A stretch of 64,000 nt of DNA from a virus (lineage: Duplodnaviria > Caudoviricetes), in the IMG/VR virus record IMGVR_UViG_3300021399_000100, one strand, 5' to 3'. A program made the position numbers and the translations under genes. Numbering within the stretch: position 1 is the first letter of the stretch; each line of letters begins with the position of its first letter. This document shows positions 20,460-29,125 of the stretch, piece after piece. Below the pieces are notes generated by a model, which saw nothing but the letters and a program-made list of their open reading frames with translations, did not search any database and was not told the origin of the DNA.

Positions 20460-21836
20460 ATGAATACTTTTGATGTATTTTCAGGTACCGATGTCAAAGA
20501 GCAGATGGACAAACTTCACGAATGCGTGACTCAATATATAAGTCATATCAAAGATACTATAGAGGCTGAGCATCGCAAGTCACATAATGAGCAGGGAGTT
20601 GATGTTGATAAAATATTGAACAGTCTCGGAGATATTAAATCTAAGCTTATTGATGTGTTGCTTTCCAAGAAGACGTCTAATTATGTACTGCATTCATTGA
20701 ATGTAGTGTACAATTTTGATGCGTTTTTGAACCCTATAGCAACTATCGTAGTGACTTATGCTATAAGACAGTTGTATATCAATAAGATAGGCCTAGAAAT
20801 TATCAATAACATAAATAATGTCATCAAATGTGTATGCATGGATATGATAGCAAGGAGCAAGGCTAACAGAGGACTTGCAGAAGTATCTTCTATGTCTAAA
20901 GACTATAATATGAAGATATCGGAAGTCATCAGCATTACACAGAAATACGTCGATTCACGTGATACGCAGGTTATGCAAATGCTAGATCATACTATCCAGC
21001 ATGATATCGAAGGTTTCAAAGAAAATATAGAGTCATCAGATAAACTGATAGACGCCTTCTCGCAGAACGATAAATGGGTAGCAGAATGGGGTATGACCAC
21101 TAAAGCTATTACGTTGCAGTCTGCTAACAACCTGTGTCTGAAGATACGCAAGGACATGGGAAGCTATATAACTGCCCTATCTACTTGTTTGGACCGCCAC
21201 GTAGTAGATAATATATCATTTAATGCCGATAGGGACTATTACGATGAGCGTTTTATAGATGATCAGATCATGTCTAATGAAAGAAAGATCAAGGATGCTG
21301 AAAACTCCATAGAAAGTGCTGAAGTCGATATGCATAAACTAGTAAAGAAAGGCAAGGAACTTTCTGATAGTAACCGCATCAAGTCATATAAGCAATATAA
21401 AGATATGGACGAGGACGATAAGCAAGCTCTTACTGCTTATTGGAAGCAGAATCCATCCAAAGCTCCAGATGCTGTAAGATATATATATGATAAAGATAGA
21501 TTCCGTATAGCACTCAAAGATATTTGTGAAAATATTGCAGAAACACGAAATAGAGAGAACGATTCTTATGACGTGTTCATTGGCAAAAGATTCTATGAGC
21601 TGATGGGTATAGAAGACCTCCGGATGTATATTTACGATATAATGGATTTCTCTTACTCTAATAACGTAGAGAATCTTATCAAGAATAACTATAATATATT
21701 AAAATTCGATAAGAGGGTACAAGGTAATAAACCAACTAAAAGCGAGAAGCTTGAGATCTTGAAATCTAAAAAGATCTTCGGAAACTACTTGAAAGCGCTA
21801 GAAAGTGAAAAGAAGTACGGTAAAGACGTGAAATAA
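20460..21836 (+). CDS. Hypothetical coiled-coil protein, possibly an internal head protein
   Basis: ATG at 20460 (MNTFDVFSG), 30 nt after GTAAATA at 20424-20430. The ORF-track start at 20358 overlaps the divergent gene. Confidence 0.65.
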   Translation: MNTFDVFSGTDVKEQMDKLHECVTQYISHIKDTIEAEHRKSHNEQGVDVDKILNSLGDIKSKLIDVLLSKKTSNYVLHSLNVVYNFDAFLNPIATIVVTYAIRQLYINKIGLEIINNINNVIKCVCMDMIARSKANRGLAEVSSMSKDYNMKISEVISITQKYVDSRDTQVMQMLDHTIQHDIEGFKENIESSDKLIDAFSQNDKWVAEWGMTTKAITLQSANNLCLKIRKDMGSYITALSTCLDRHVVDNISFNADRDYYDERFIDDQIMSNERKIKDAENSIESAEVDMHKLVKKGKELSDSNRIKSYKQYKDMDEDDKQALTAYWKQNPSKAPDAVRYIYDKDRFRIALKDICENIAETRNRENDSYDVFIGKRFYELMGIEDLRMYIYDIMDFSYSNNVENLIKNNYNILKFDKRVQGNKPTKSEKLEILKSKKIFGNYLKALESEKKYGKDVK

Positions 21837-23630
21837 TTGAAAAATATGGATATTATTAAGACATACGAGATTTCATTAAGGGGTCCTTCTGTTGATATCA
21901 GCGCTATAGGAGGGAGGCCGAATTGGGAATCTAATTCTCGATACAGATACTCTTATCATAAAGAAGCTTCTCTATGGAGTGACTGGAAAGACTTGTCCCT
22001 AGACGAGCTTAATGGAAAAACGTTCAAAGAGAAACATATCGATATAGAAATAGAGATATCTGGCGAAGCAGAAGAGGACTTCCCTACACTAGCCGTCAGT
22101 GTTCCAGATGATGCCGAATGCGGGCTTCCTTCTGTCACAGTCAATGAAAATACAACAGGTGACGGCGAGCCATGCACTGCATCTATTAGAGTAACTGACT
22201 GTGATGATGTAGATGGAAATGATAATACATTCAATCCATATGCAGTAGGGTCTGCTTCAGAGATATATAACGAACTATCAGCTATAGTTTCAGATACGTT
22301 CGGATTCACTTCTAGATATTTCAGAACATCTCCTGCAAGAAACTCCGCAGATTATATTTTCCACGAGTTCTCTCTAAAGAATGTATCTGCTGCAGATAAT
22401 ATCAAAGTAGTGATAGAAGATAATAAGCTGCCATCTAGAAGCTTCGTCATAAACAATCCATTATTAGATTATCAAGAAACCCTTACTGTCCATATAGTCA
22501 AGAGTGAGTTCCATAATGTCTTCGGTAAGAAGACCTATCCGAGAGAACATGACTATCTTGCTATAAACTTTAAGAATTTCAACAAGATGTATGAAGTCAT
22601 AGGTGTGTATAATCCCGATGACTTTTTATACGCTGCATCATATTGGATTGTCTTGCTACAACCTTACCAGGATAGAAGTATGGTAGGGTATGATAGTGAA
22701 GATAGTGATGTTATCATAGACAGAGAAAAGGCAACAGAAGTCAACCAATCAACTACATTAGACATAAATGACGGTGATCTTACAAAAGAGATAGAAACTT
22801 TCACCTTTAATAAAAAGGCAGAGGAACATAAAGAAGCCGCTAAGAATGACACTGAAAAAGCGCGTGCAGACAGCCTGCTGAATGATAAGATTCTAGACAG
22901 TTCACGCAAGCGCAGTGATTTTATGACGAACTCATATGATAATGCTGTCAAATGTGAGAAAGAGATAATATATCACATGAATATACCTATAGCTAATTAT
23001 AATTATACGCTAAAGAGTAAAGGCATAGGTTCTTGCGCGATTCTATATCACAAATTCAAAAGCAGTCCTATATGCCGTATCTCTTTCGTTTTCAAACTGT
23101 TAGCTACAGTAACTCGAAATATGCCTATACTGAGCGACGGTGAAACATCAGTATGGATCACTAGAAAGACTATATCAATAAAAAGAGGTGATTATATCAA
23201 GACATATACTGTAGAGGATCCTATGACTAATGTATGGTATGCCGCTTCTGTCATAATGGATGAAGATGAACAGTCTATGACTAGAATATCCATATGGAAG
23301 CAGGAAAAGGACCTTATACATAGCAGAGATAAATTTGTACAGGTTATTGCAGAAGGATCCACTCAGAGCGGGCTATATAGGCCATATCCGCTGCTAAATG
23401 ATGCCGACCATGGAGAAGTATGTCTCTTCGGTGGTCCCTATAGCATTACTAATATTAAGATAGCTACTGATCCACTTCCTGAAAATAAAGAATTCAGTGA
23501 AGCGATAGCCCAAGTATCTCATGATATGCATACTATGATAGTGTCAGATATGGCTGCTCCGCGCATCACTAGTGAAAGCATTATGCCTCTAGTGAAACGT
23601 CCTGATCAACAGGAGAAGAAATCAGTCTAG
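21837..23630 (+). CDS. Neck protein, T4 gp14-like, with N- and C-terminal extensions
   Basis: Central IYNELSAIVSDTFG..RYF..ADYIFHEF..LTVHIVKSEF..PREHDYL..MYEVIGV follows the gp14 pattern. The C-terminal region is beta-rich and LamG-like. Start may be 21846. Confidence 0.6.
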   Translation: MKNMDIIKTYEISLRGPSVDISAIGGRPNWESNSRYRYSYHKEASLWSDWKDLSLDELNGKTFKEKHIDIEIEISGEAEEDFPTLAVSVPDDAECGLPSVTVNENTTGDGEPCTASIRVTDCDDVDGNDNTFNPYAVGSASEIYNELSAIVSDTFGFTSRYFRTSPARNSADYIFHEFSLKNVSAADNIKVVIEDNKLPSRSFVINNPLLDYQETLTVHIVKSEFHNVFGKKTYPREHDYLAINFKNFNKMYEVIGVYNPDDFLYAASYWIVLLQPYQDRSMVGYDSEDSDVIIDREKATEVNQSTTLDINDGDLTKEIETFTFNKKAEEHKEAAKNDTEKARADSLLNDKILDSSRKRSDFMTNSYDNAVKCEKEIIYHMNIPIANYNYTLKSKGIGSCAILYHKFKSSPICRISFVFKLLATVTRNMPILSDGETSVWITRKTISIKRGDYIKTYTVEDPMTNVWYAASVIMDEDEQSMTRISIWKQEKDLIHSRDKFVQVIAEGSTQSGLYRPYPLLNDADHGEVCLFGGPYSITNIKIATDPLPENKEFSEAIAQVSHDMHTMIVSDMAAPRITSESIMPLVKRPDQQEKKSV

Positions 23631-23661
23631 GTGCAATGACTGTCGTCACGTGTGATTATAT

Positions 23662-23695
23662 AAAAATAGCAGCAGGGTTATTCTGCTGCTATTTT
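23662..23695. terminator. Bidirectional intrinsic terminator
   Basis: AAAAATAGCAGCAG-ggttatt-CTGCTGCTATTTTT between convergent genes. Confidence 0.8.
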
Positions 23696-24271
23696 TTATT
23701 TTATAAGTCCTAAAGCTTTCTTTGCAATATCTAGTCTATTTTTTCTATCAGCAAATCCATTAGTCCCTCCGTTGACTCTACGCGTCACTGCTAGAATATC
23801 ATCCTTATCAGCAAGTACGTTCAGATTGTTTTTTGTCCAGAACCATACGGCAGATGCAACAGCCTGGGTTGGGTTTTCTACCAATTCAGGATGAGTTACA
23901 AACATTTTCTCATATGGACCTGGTCCAAAATACCATTTAGAAAATGCTGCATAGTTCGCCTTTCCTGTCAATTGAATAAGACCTCTGCCTTTATATACTT
24001 CGCCATCTCCATCTGCCTCTGGTGTGTTGCCTAGTGCAATAGCAAGCTTGCCTGTATCATATTTCTTGAAATACGAAGAACCTCCGAGCTCTCTGACATA
24101 ACGTAGACTTCCTGACTCTGTACCAACCTGAGCTAAGAAATGAGCAATACGTAATGGCGTGTCTATTTTGAATTTATTGCACCACTTTCTAAGAGGTTCT
24201 GCATATTTGTCTATGTTTGCTTTAGTAGCATCTGGCATACATTTAGCTAATATTTCTTTGGTCAGTTCCAT
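23696..24271 (-). CDS. Glycoside hydrolase family 19 endolysin
   Basis: AHFLAQVGTESG, YKGRGLIQLTGKANY, SAVWFW and VNGGTNGFADR motifs. Confidence 0.92.
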   Translation of the reverse strand: MELTKEILAKCMPDATKANIDKYAEPLRKWCNKFKIDTPLRIAHFLAQVGTESGSLRYVRELGGSSYFKKYDTGKLAIALGNTPEADGDGEVYKGRGLIQLTGKANYAAFSKWYFGPGPYEKMFVTHPELVENPTQAVASAVWFWTKNNLNVLADKDDILAVTRRVNGGTNGFADRKNRLDIAKKALGLIK

Positions 24272-24332
24272 ATATGTAAGTAAATATATTATTATTTACA
24301 CAGTTTGGAATCAATAATGAATAATTGAGAAT

Positions 24333-24944
24333 ATGAAAACATTTGATCAATGGATTGAAAATCCTGCCCAGAATATTGATGAAGGGACATTTGGTTTCTT
24401 GAATAATAAAAATGCAGATCGAAATTCGCATAGCATCACAGAGTTTAAGCAAACTCCCATAGTTCAACCTAAGAATAAAGAAGAACTGGAGAAGATTATT
24501 AACGATACCATCAAAGCGAAAGGCTCTAATTGTGATCTAAATTTCATCGATACGTCTCTGATAACCGATATGAGTAGGTTATTTATGGGGTCTGATTTTA
24601 ATGGGATCATCTCCAAGTGGGACGTCTCTAATGTCACGGATATGAGTGGTATGTTCGAAGAATCAAGTTTCGAGGGGGACCTCGCTGAATGGGATGTATC
24701 TAATGTTAAAGATATGAGTGAAATGTTCTATGAAGCGTATGGCTTCAATAGTGACATTGCTAATTGGAATGTCTCTAATGTAATATATATGCAATATATG
24801 TTCGCAGAATCCGGATTTAACCGTAACATTTCAAAGTGGAATGTGTCTAAGAATGCATTTGTGTATATGATGTTTGATCGCACATATCTTGAGGAAAATG
24901 GTACCCTTCCTAACTGGTATAAGTACCATCCTAATAAAAATTAG
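24333..24944 (+). CDS. DUF285/BspA-type leucine-rich repeat protein, paralog 1
   Basis: [17 protein letters not shown] followed by WDVSNVxDMSxMF repeats; leader [18 protein letters not shown]. Confidence 0.9.
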   Translation: MKTFDQWIENPAQNIDEGTFGFLNNKNADRNSHSITEFKQTPIVQPKNKEELEKIINDTIKAKGSNCDLNFIDTSLITDMSRLFMGSDFNGIISKWDVSNVTDMSGMFEESSFEGDLAEWDVSNVKDMSEMFYEAYGFNSDIANWNVSNVIYMQYMFAESGFNRNISKWNVSKNAFVYMMFDRTYLEENGTLPNWYKYHPNKN

Positions 24945-24968
24945 ATTTATATGATAATAATTAAGAAT

Positions 24969-25919
24969 ATGAAGACATTTGATCAGTGGATTGAAAATCC
25001 TGCCCAGAATATTGATGAAGGAGTATTTGGTTTCTTGAATAATAAAAATGCAGATCGAAATTCGCATAGCATCACAGAGTTTAGGCAGACTCCCATAGTT
25101 CAACCTAAGAATAAAGAAGAACTGAAGAAGATTATTAACGATACTATCAAAGAAAAAGGTGATCATTGCGATCTAAATTTCATAGATACGTCTCTGATAA
25201 CTGATATGAGTGAGTTATTTCAGAGGTCTTCTTTTGATGGGAATATCTCTAAGTGGGATACATCGAATGTGCAAAATATGAGTCATATGTTTCAGAGGTC
25301 TTCTTTTAATGGGGTTATCTCTGATTGGGATACATCAAATGTACAAGATATGAGTTATATGTTTAATGTGTCCAAATTCAATGGGGTCATCTCTGATTGG
25401 AATACATCGAATGTGCGAGATATGAGCGGAATGTTTATGGTATCTGAATTCAATGGGGTTATCTCTGATTGGGATACATCGAATGTACAAGATATGCATG
25501 AGATGTTTTGTGGGTCTGTTTTTGATGGGGTTATCTCTGATTGGAATACATCAAATGTGCGAGATATGAGTAGCATGTTCGCTGAATCTGATTTTGAAGG
25601 AGACCTCTCTAGGTGGAATACATCTAATGTTGAGAATATGAAAGGAATGTTTTGGTCCTCTATGTTCAATAGCGACCTCGCAAAATGGAATGTCTCTAAG
25701 GTAAGAGATATGGGATTTATGTTCTCCGAATCTGAATTCAATAGTGACATCCATGAATGGGATGTCTCTAATGTAAGAAACATGGAGGAAATGTTCTATC
25801 GCTCTTGGTTCAATAAAGACATCTCAGATTGGGAGGTATCTGATGATGTATGTATGCGCAATATGTTTAAGGATTCAAAACTTGAGGAAAATGATGCCAT
25901 CCCTGAGTGGTATTATTAA
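24969..25919 (+). CDS. DUF285/BspA-type leucine-rich repeat protein, paralog 2
   Basis: About ten 22-aa repeats [20 protein letters not shown]; same leader as paralog 1. Confidence 0.9.
   Translation: MKTFDQWIENPAQNIDEGVFGFLNNKNADRNSHSITEFRQTPIVQPKNKEELKKIINDTIKEKGDHCDLNFIDTSLITDMSELFQRSSFDGNISKWDTSNVQNMSHMFQRSSFNGVISDWDTSNVQDMSYMFNVSKFNGVISDWNTSNVRDMSGMFMVSEFNGVISDWDTSNVQDMHEMFCGSVFDGVISDWNTSNVRDMSSMFAESDFEGDLSRWNTSNVENMKGMFWSSMFNSDLAKWNVSKVRDMGFMFSESEFNSDIHEWDVSNVRNMEEMFYRSWFNKDISDWEVSDDVCMRNMFKDSKLEENDAIPEWYY
25190..25870 (+). repeat. 66-nt tandem coding repeats within DUF285 paralog 2
   Basis: atggggttatctctgattgggatacatcgaatgt and close variants recur with a 66-nt period. Confidence 0.85.
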
Positions 25920-25947
25920 ATTTATTTATATAATAATAATTGAGAAT

Positions 25948-26832
25948 ATGAAGACATTTGATCAATGGGTTGAAAATCCTGTCCAGAATATTGATGAAGG
26001 AGTATTTGACTTCTTTAAAAAGAAGAAGACGAATAATAGTGCACCTGTGATTAAAGCAAAAGACAGAGAACATCTAGAGAAGCTTATCAATAATGCTATC
26101 CATCCTGCAGGAGGAAGGATCAATTATGAAGCGGATCTTAACTTTATCGATGTCAGCAATATCACAGACATGTCTGAACTCTTCCAAAATTCAGAGTTCA
26201 ACGGCAGCATTTCTGAATGGAATACGTCCAACGTGGTGAATATGGACAAAATGTTCATGAATTCCAAATTTAACAAGGACATCTCTAAGTGGAACACTCG
26301 CAAGGTGCAGTCCATGAACAAGATGTTCGAGTCCTCTAAATTTAACAAGAACATTTCTAAATGGGACGTCGGTAGAGTTACTTCAATGAATTATATGTTC
26401 CGTAATGCTGCATTTGATGGAGACCTGTCTGAATGGAGACCTGTAAATCTCAGTGAAGCAAACGGAATGTTCCAAAACAGCAAGGTAGACTGTGATTTAT
26501 CAAAATGGCCGCTTAAAAATCTTACAACCGCAAGATATATGTTTGCTAATACTACATCGAAGTGGAAAGGAATAGGCAACTGGCCTATCAATAAAATAGA
26601 AGACACTACTTCTATGTTCGCAAGGGCTGTTAAGTTCGATGATGACATCACTAACTGGAACATGTCAAACATACGGGCTTGTTCGAGAATGTTTGATTCA
26701 GCTGAAAAATTCTCCCAGAATCTTTCTACGTGGAAGGAACCTATAGAAAAACCGTCAATTGGAGACAGAATACAAATGTTCAAAGGCTGTCCGAAGATGA
26801 AGCCTAATATGATGCCTAAATGGGCTAAGTAA
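25948..26832 (+). CDS. DUF285/BspA-type leucine-rich repeat protein, paralog 3
   Basis: [17 protein letters not shown] and FNKDISKWN repeats; leader [18 protein letters not shown]. Confidence 0.9.
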   Translation: MKTFDQWVENPVQNIDEGVFDFFKKKKTNNSAPVIKAKDREHLEKLINNAIHPAGGRINYEADLNFIDVSNITDMSELFQNSEFNGSISEWNTSNVVNMDKMFMNSKFNKDISKWNTRKVQSMNKMFESSKFNKNISKWDVGRVTSMNYMFRNAAFDGDLSEWRPVNLSEANGMFQNSKVDCDLSKWPLKNLTTARYMFANTTSKWKGIGNWPINKIEDTTSMFARAVKFDDDITNWNMSNIRACSRMFDSAEKFSQNLSTWKEPIEKPSIGDRIQMFKGCPKMKPNMMPKWAK

Positions 26833-26856
26833 CTAGTCATATATTATAATATAATC

Positions 26857-26888
26857 AGGCGGTGCATCATTTTTTGCATCGCCTTTTT
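26857..26888 (+). terminator. Intrinsic terminator of the DUF285 operon
   Basis: AGGCGGTGCA...TGCATCGCCT followed by TTTT. Confidence 0.7.
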
Positions 26889-27005
26889 AATGTCTATATA
26901 AAAAATTAATGGTTATATTATATATTTAGGTAAAATCTTTTGTATACGTGTAAAAATTATAGTAATTTTACATCAAGAATTACGGAACAATTAAAACATG
27001 CAATT

Positions 27006-27392
27006 ATGAAACGGATTATAGTGTTGTTAGCTAGCCTTCTTATTTATATGGCTAGTTTTAGTCAGGTAGTTGTGTTGCACACCGTTGCGGCCGCTGATGG
27101 AACCTTAGATAAGAATGCTAGATATGCATTCTGTGGGTATGCCAGAGACAGCGCAAAAGTATATATCAATATGAACGATAGCACTGTGAGCTTCGGAGAT
27201 AATAAATTTATGATCATGTCTAATCCGAAGGTATGGGACATACAGCGCACATATAAGTACTGTACGTTCTGGGGTTATGACTCAGATTATCATAAAGTAT
27301 ATATCAAGTTATTTCGTTACGACGGCTCAACGCGCAGTAAGATTTGTGTGTTCAGCAAAGACAAAGCATGGAGATTCATAGGTAACGAATAG
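27006..27392 (+). CDS. Exported hypothetical protein (Sec signal peptide)
   Basis: MKRIIVLLASLLIYMASFS|QVV: classical signal peptide with Gln at +1. Confidence 0.7.
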   Translation: MKRIIVLLASLLIYMASFSQVVVLHTVAAADGTLDKNARYAFCGYARDSAKVYINMNDSTVSFGDNKFMIMSNPKVWDIQRTYKYCTFWGYDSDYHKVYIKLFRYDGSTRSKICVFSKDKAWRFIGNE

Positions 27393-27429
27393 CGATATAT
27401 TCTAGTAACTTGAATTTGCTATGTTATCT

Positions 27430-27502
27430 CGCGTATAAACACATATTACGTAAACTACGAAGAAGATATCTATTTAGAAAAGATATCGCGTTAAATCGCA
27501 TT
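27430..27502 (+). repeat. 73-bp dispersed element, copy 1
   Basis: 57/73 ungapped identity (by hand) to the reverse complement of 61730-61802. Confidence 0.85.
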
Positions 27503-27510
27503 AAAAATAA

Positions 27511-27539
27511 AAAAGAGAATCTGCATGAGATTCTCTTTT
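27511..27539. terminator. Bidirectional intrinsic terminator
   Basis: AAAAGAGAATCT-gcatg-AGATTCTCTTTT between convergent genes. Confidence 0.8.
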
Positions 27540-27545
27540 GTTATA

Positions 27546-27887
27546 TTATATGTTTGCCATCTTATTGAAAAACGGATTATCTTTCATATTGGCTATCACG
27601 TTTTCATATTTATGACATAGCTTTCTGAACATCTCGAGTATGTTTATGCCATTTTCATGAAAATCGAACCATTCTCCACTAGTTCTGAACTGCATCAGTT
27701 CACGGTGGAGCATCTTCTCTATATAATAGGGATGCTCCGATTCATGACTTCCTACCAGATGAAGGCAGCATCCGTTGCCTACTTGGAGTTGTTTAAGACG
27801 TTTGTCTATATCGTTTTTCGTAACTCCTATCTTATACTGGTCCGTCGTCGGATTGCATATAAGATACACATATGCTTTATTACTCAT
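27546..27887 (-). CDS. GIY-YIG superfamily nuclease (T5orf172/Mug113-like)
   Basis: YVYLI..YKIGVT..KRLKQLQVGN..IEKMLH..GEWF motifs. Confidence 0.88.
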   Translation of the reverse strand: MSNKAYVYLICNPTTDQYKIGVTKNDIDKRLKQLQVGNGCCLHLVGSHESEHPYYIEKMLHRELMQFRTSGEWFDFHENGINILEMFRKLCHKYENVIANMKDNPFFNKMANI

Positions 27888-27939
27888 GCTCGAGAATTTT
27901 ATTGGTTTCTGATAATTACATATTATTTACTATATCTAA

Positions 27940-29088
27940 TTATGCATTACCATTACCAGAATCATCGTCGTTTAAGAGGCTGAGGATATCTGTAAGTTCT
28001 TCTTCGTCTAACTCATCAACATCTTCTGTGTGGAGATAATCAGAAAGGTCCATACTACCTAAATCAACCACACCGTTTGTTGGTGTATGTGCTGTATTGT
28101 CCAAAATAATAGTCTTAACAACTGCACTATCATTTGCTTTACTTGCTATAGCAGAGGATAATTGAAGATCTTCGCTTGATCTATTACTAGTCTCTTGATT
28201 TATTAGAGATACTAGTTCTGTACGGAGGACAGTATCTGCATTTTGTCTGGCAGTAGCTTCCTGCGTGGTCTTTTCTGTAATGCTACTCTGCGCATCTTCT
28301 AGTCCTTCTTGTACAGATGCTATATCGCCCTGAGCAGTTGCTAAATCACTTTGTATCGTTGTGATATTGTCTTGCGCAGTTGCTAAACCACTTTGTATCG
28401 TTGTGATATTGCCTTGTGCAGTTGTCAGATCACTTTGTACAGTTGCGATATTACCCTGTGCAGTTGTCAAATCACTTTGTACAGTTGATATACTTGACTT
28501 TGCATCAGTGATATCGTTCTGTGCTGCCAATATATCGTCTTGCATGCCGCTGACGCTGTCCTGGACAGTAGCAAGGTCGCTTTGTACGTCGGTTACATTA
28601 TTCTGAACAGTTGTCAAACCATTTTGTACGCCAGTCACATTATTCTGAACAGTTGCCAAACTATTCTGTACGCCTGATACATTATTCTGTACAGTTACTA
28701 AATCATCTTGCACCTCTGCAACATCACTTTCGATATTGTCTACTCTACCATCTAATGTTTCTATTGCTTGATGGATCTCTGTATCTGATGCCACACGGCT
28801 AGTCTTCTCTTGAGATACCAGAGTTCTGATCAGATCGCGTAGTTCAGTATCGGCTGCAATTCTATTAGCTATCTCGTCGTTAAGTCCGTCTATGCTAGTT
28901 CCTCCTTCATTATCTCCGATAGGAACCCACTTCTTAGTATTATCTTTCAGTACATTTATAAAAAGATATATGCTATTTCCATTGGAGCTAATCTTGATAG
29001 TATTCGCAGGATACCTAGAGGCTTCTAGATACTCTCCTGGATTCTCAATTACGATAAGAGCAGGGTGTAGTGCGTTCAGTTTACTCAT
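27940..29088 (-). CDS. Coiled-coil fibre/whisker-like virion protein
   Basis: Long heptad array (TVQSDLTTAQGNIA, 42-nt DNA period at about 28320-28700) flanked by ExxxRxxAD motifs. Confidence 0.65.
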   Translation of the reverse strand: MSKLNALHPALIVIENPGEYLEASRYPANTIKISSNGNSIYLFINVLKDNTKKWVPIGDNEGGTSIDGLNDEIANRIAADTELRDLIRTLVSQEKTSRVASDTEIHQAIETLDGRVDNIESDVAEVQDDLVTVQNNVSGVQNSLATVQNNVTGVQNGLTTVQNNVTDVQSDLATVQDSVSGMQDDILAAQNDITDAKSSISTVQSDLTTAQGNIATVQSDLTTAQGNITTIQSGLATAQDNITTIQSDLATAQGDIASVQEGLEDAQSSITEKTTQEATARQNADTVLRTELVSLINQETSNRSSEDLQLSSAIASKANDSAVVKTIILDNTAHTPTNGVVDLGSMDLSDYLHTEDVDELDEEELTDILSLLNDDDSGNGNA

Positions 29089-29125
29089 AATTCATATCAA
29101 CTAGTGCTATATATAATTTACTATA

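Noticed and set aside
24333-26832. Diversity-generating retroelement acting on the DUF285 genes
   Set aside because: No reverse transcriptase in the window, and repeat differences are not adenine-specific.
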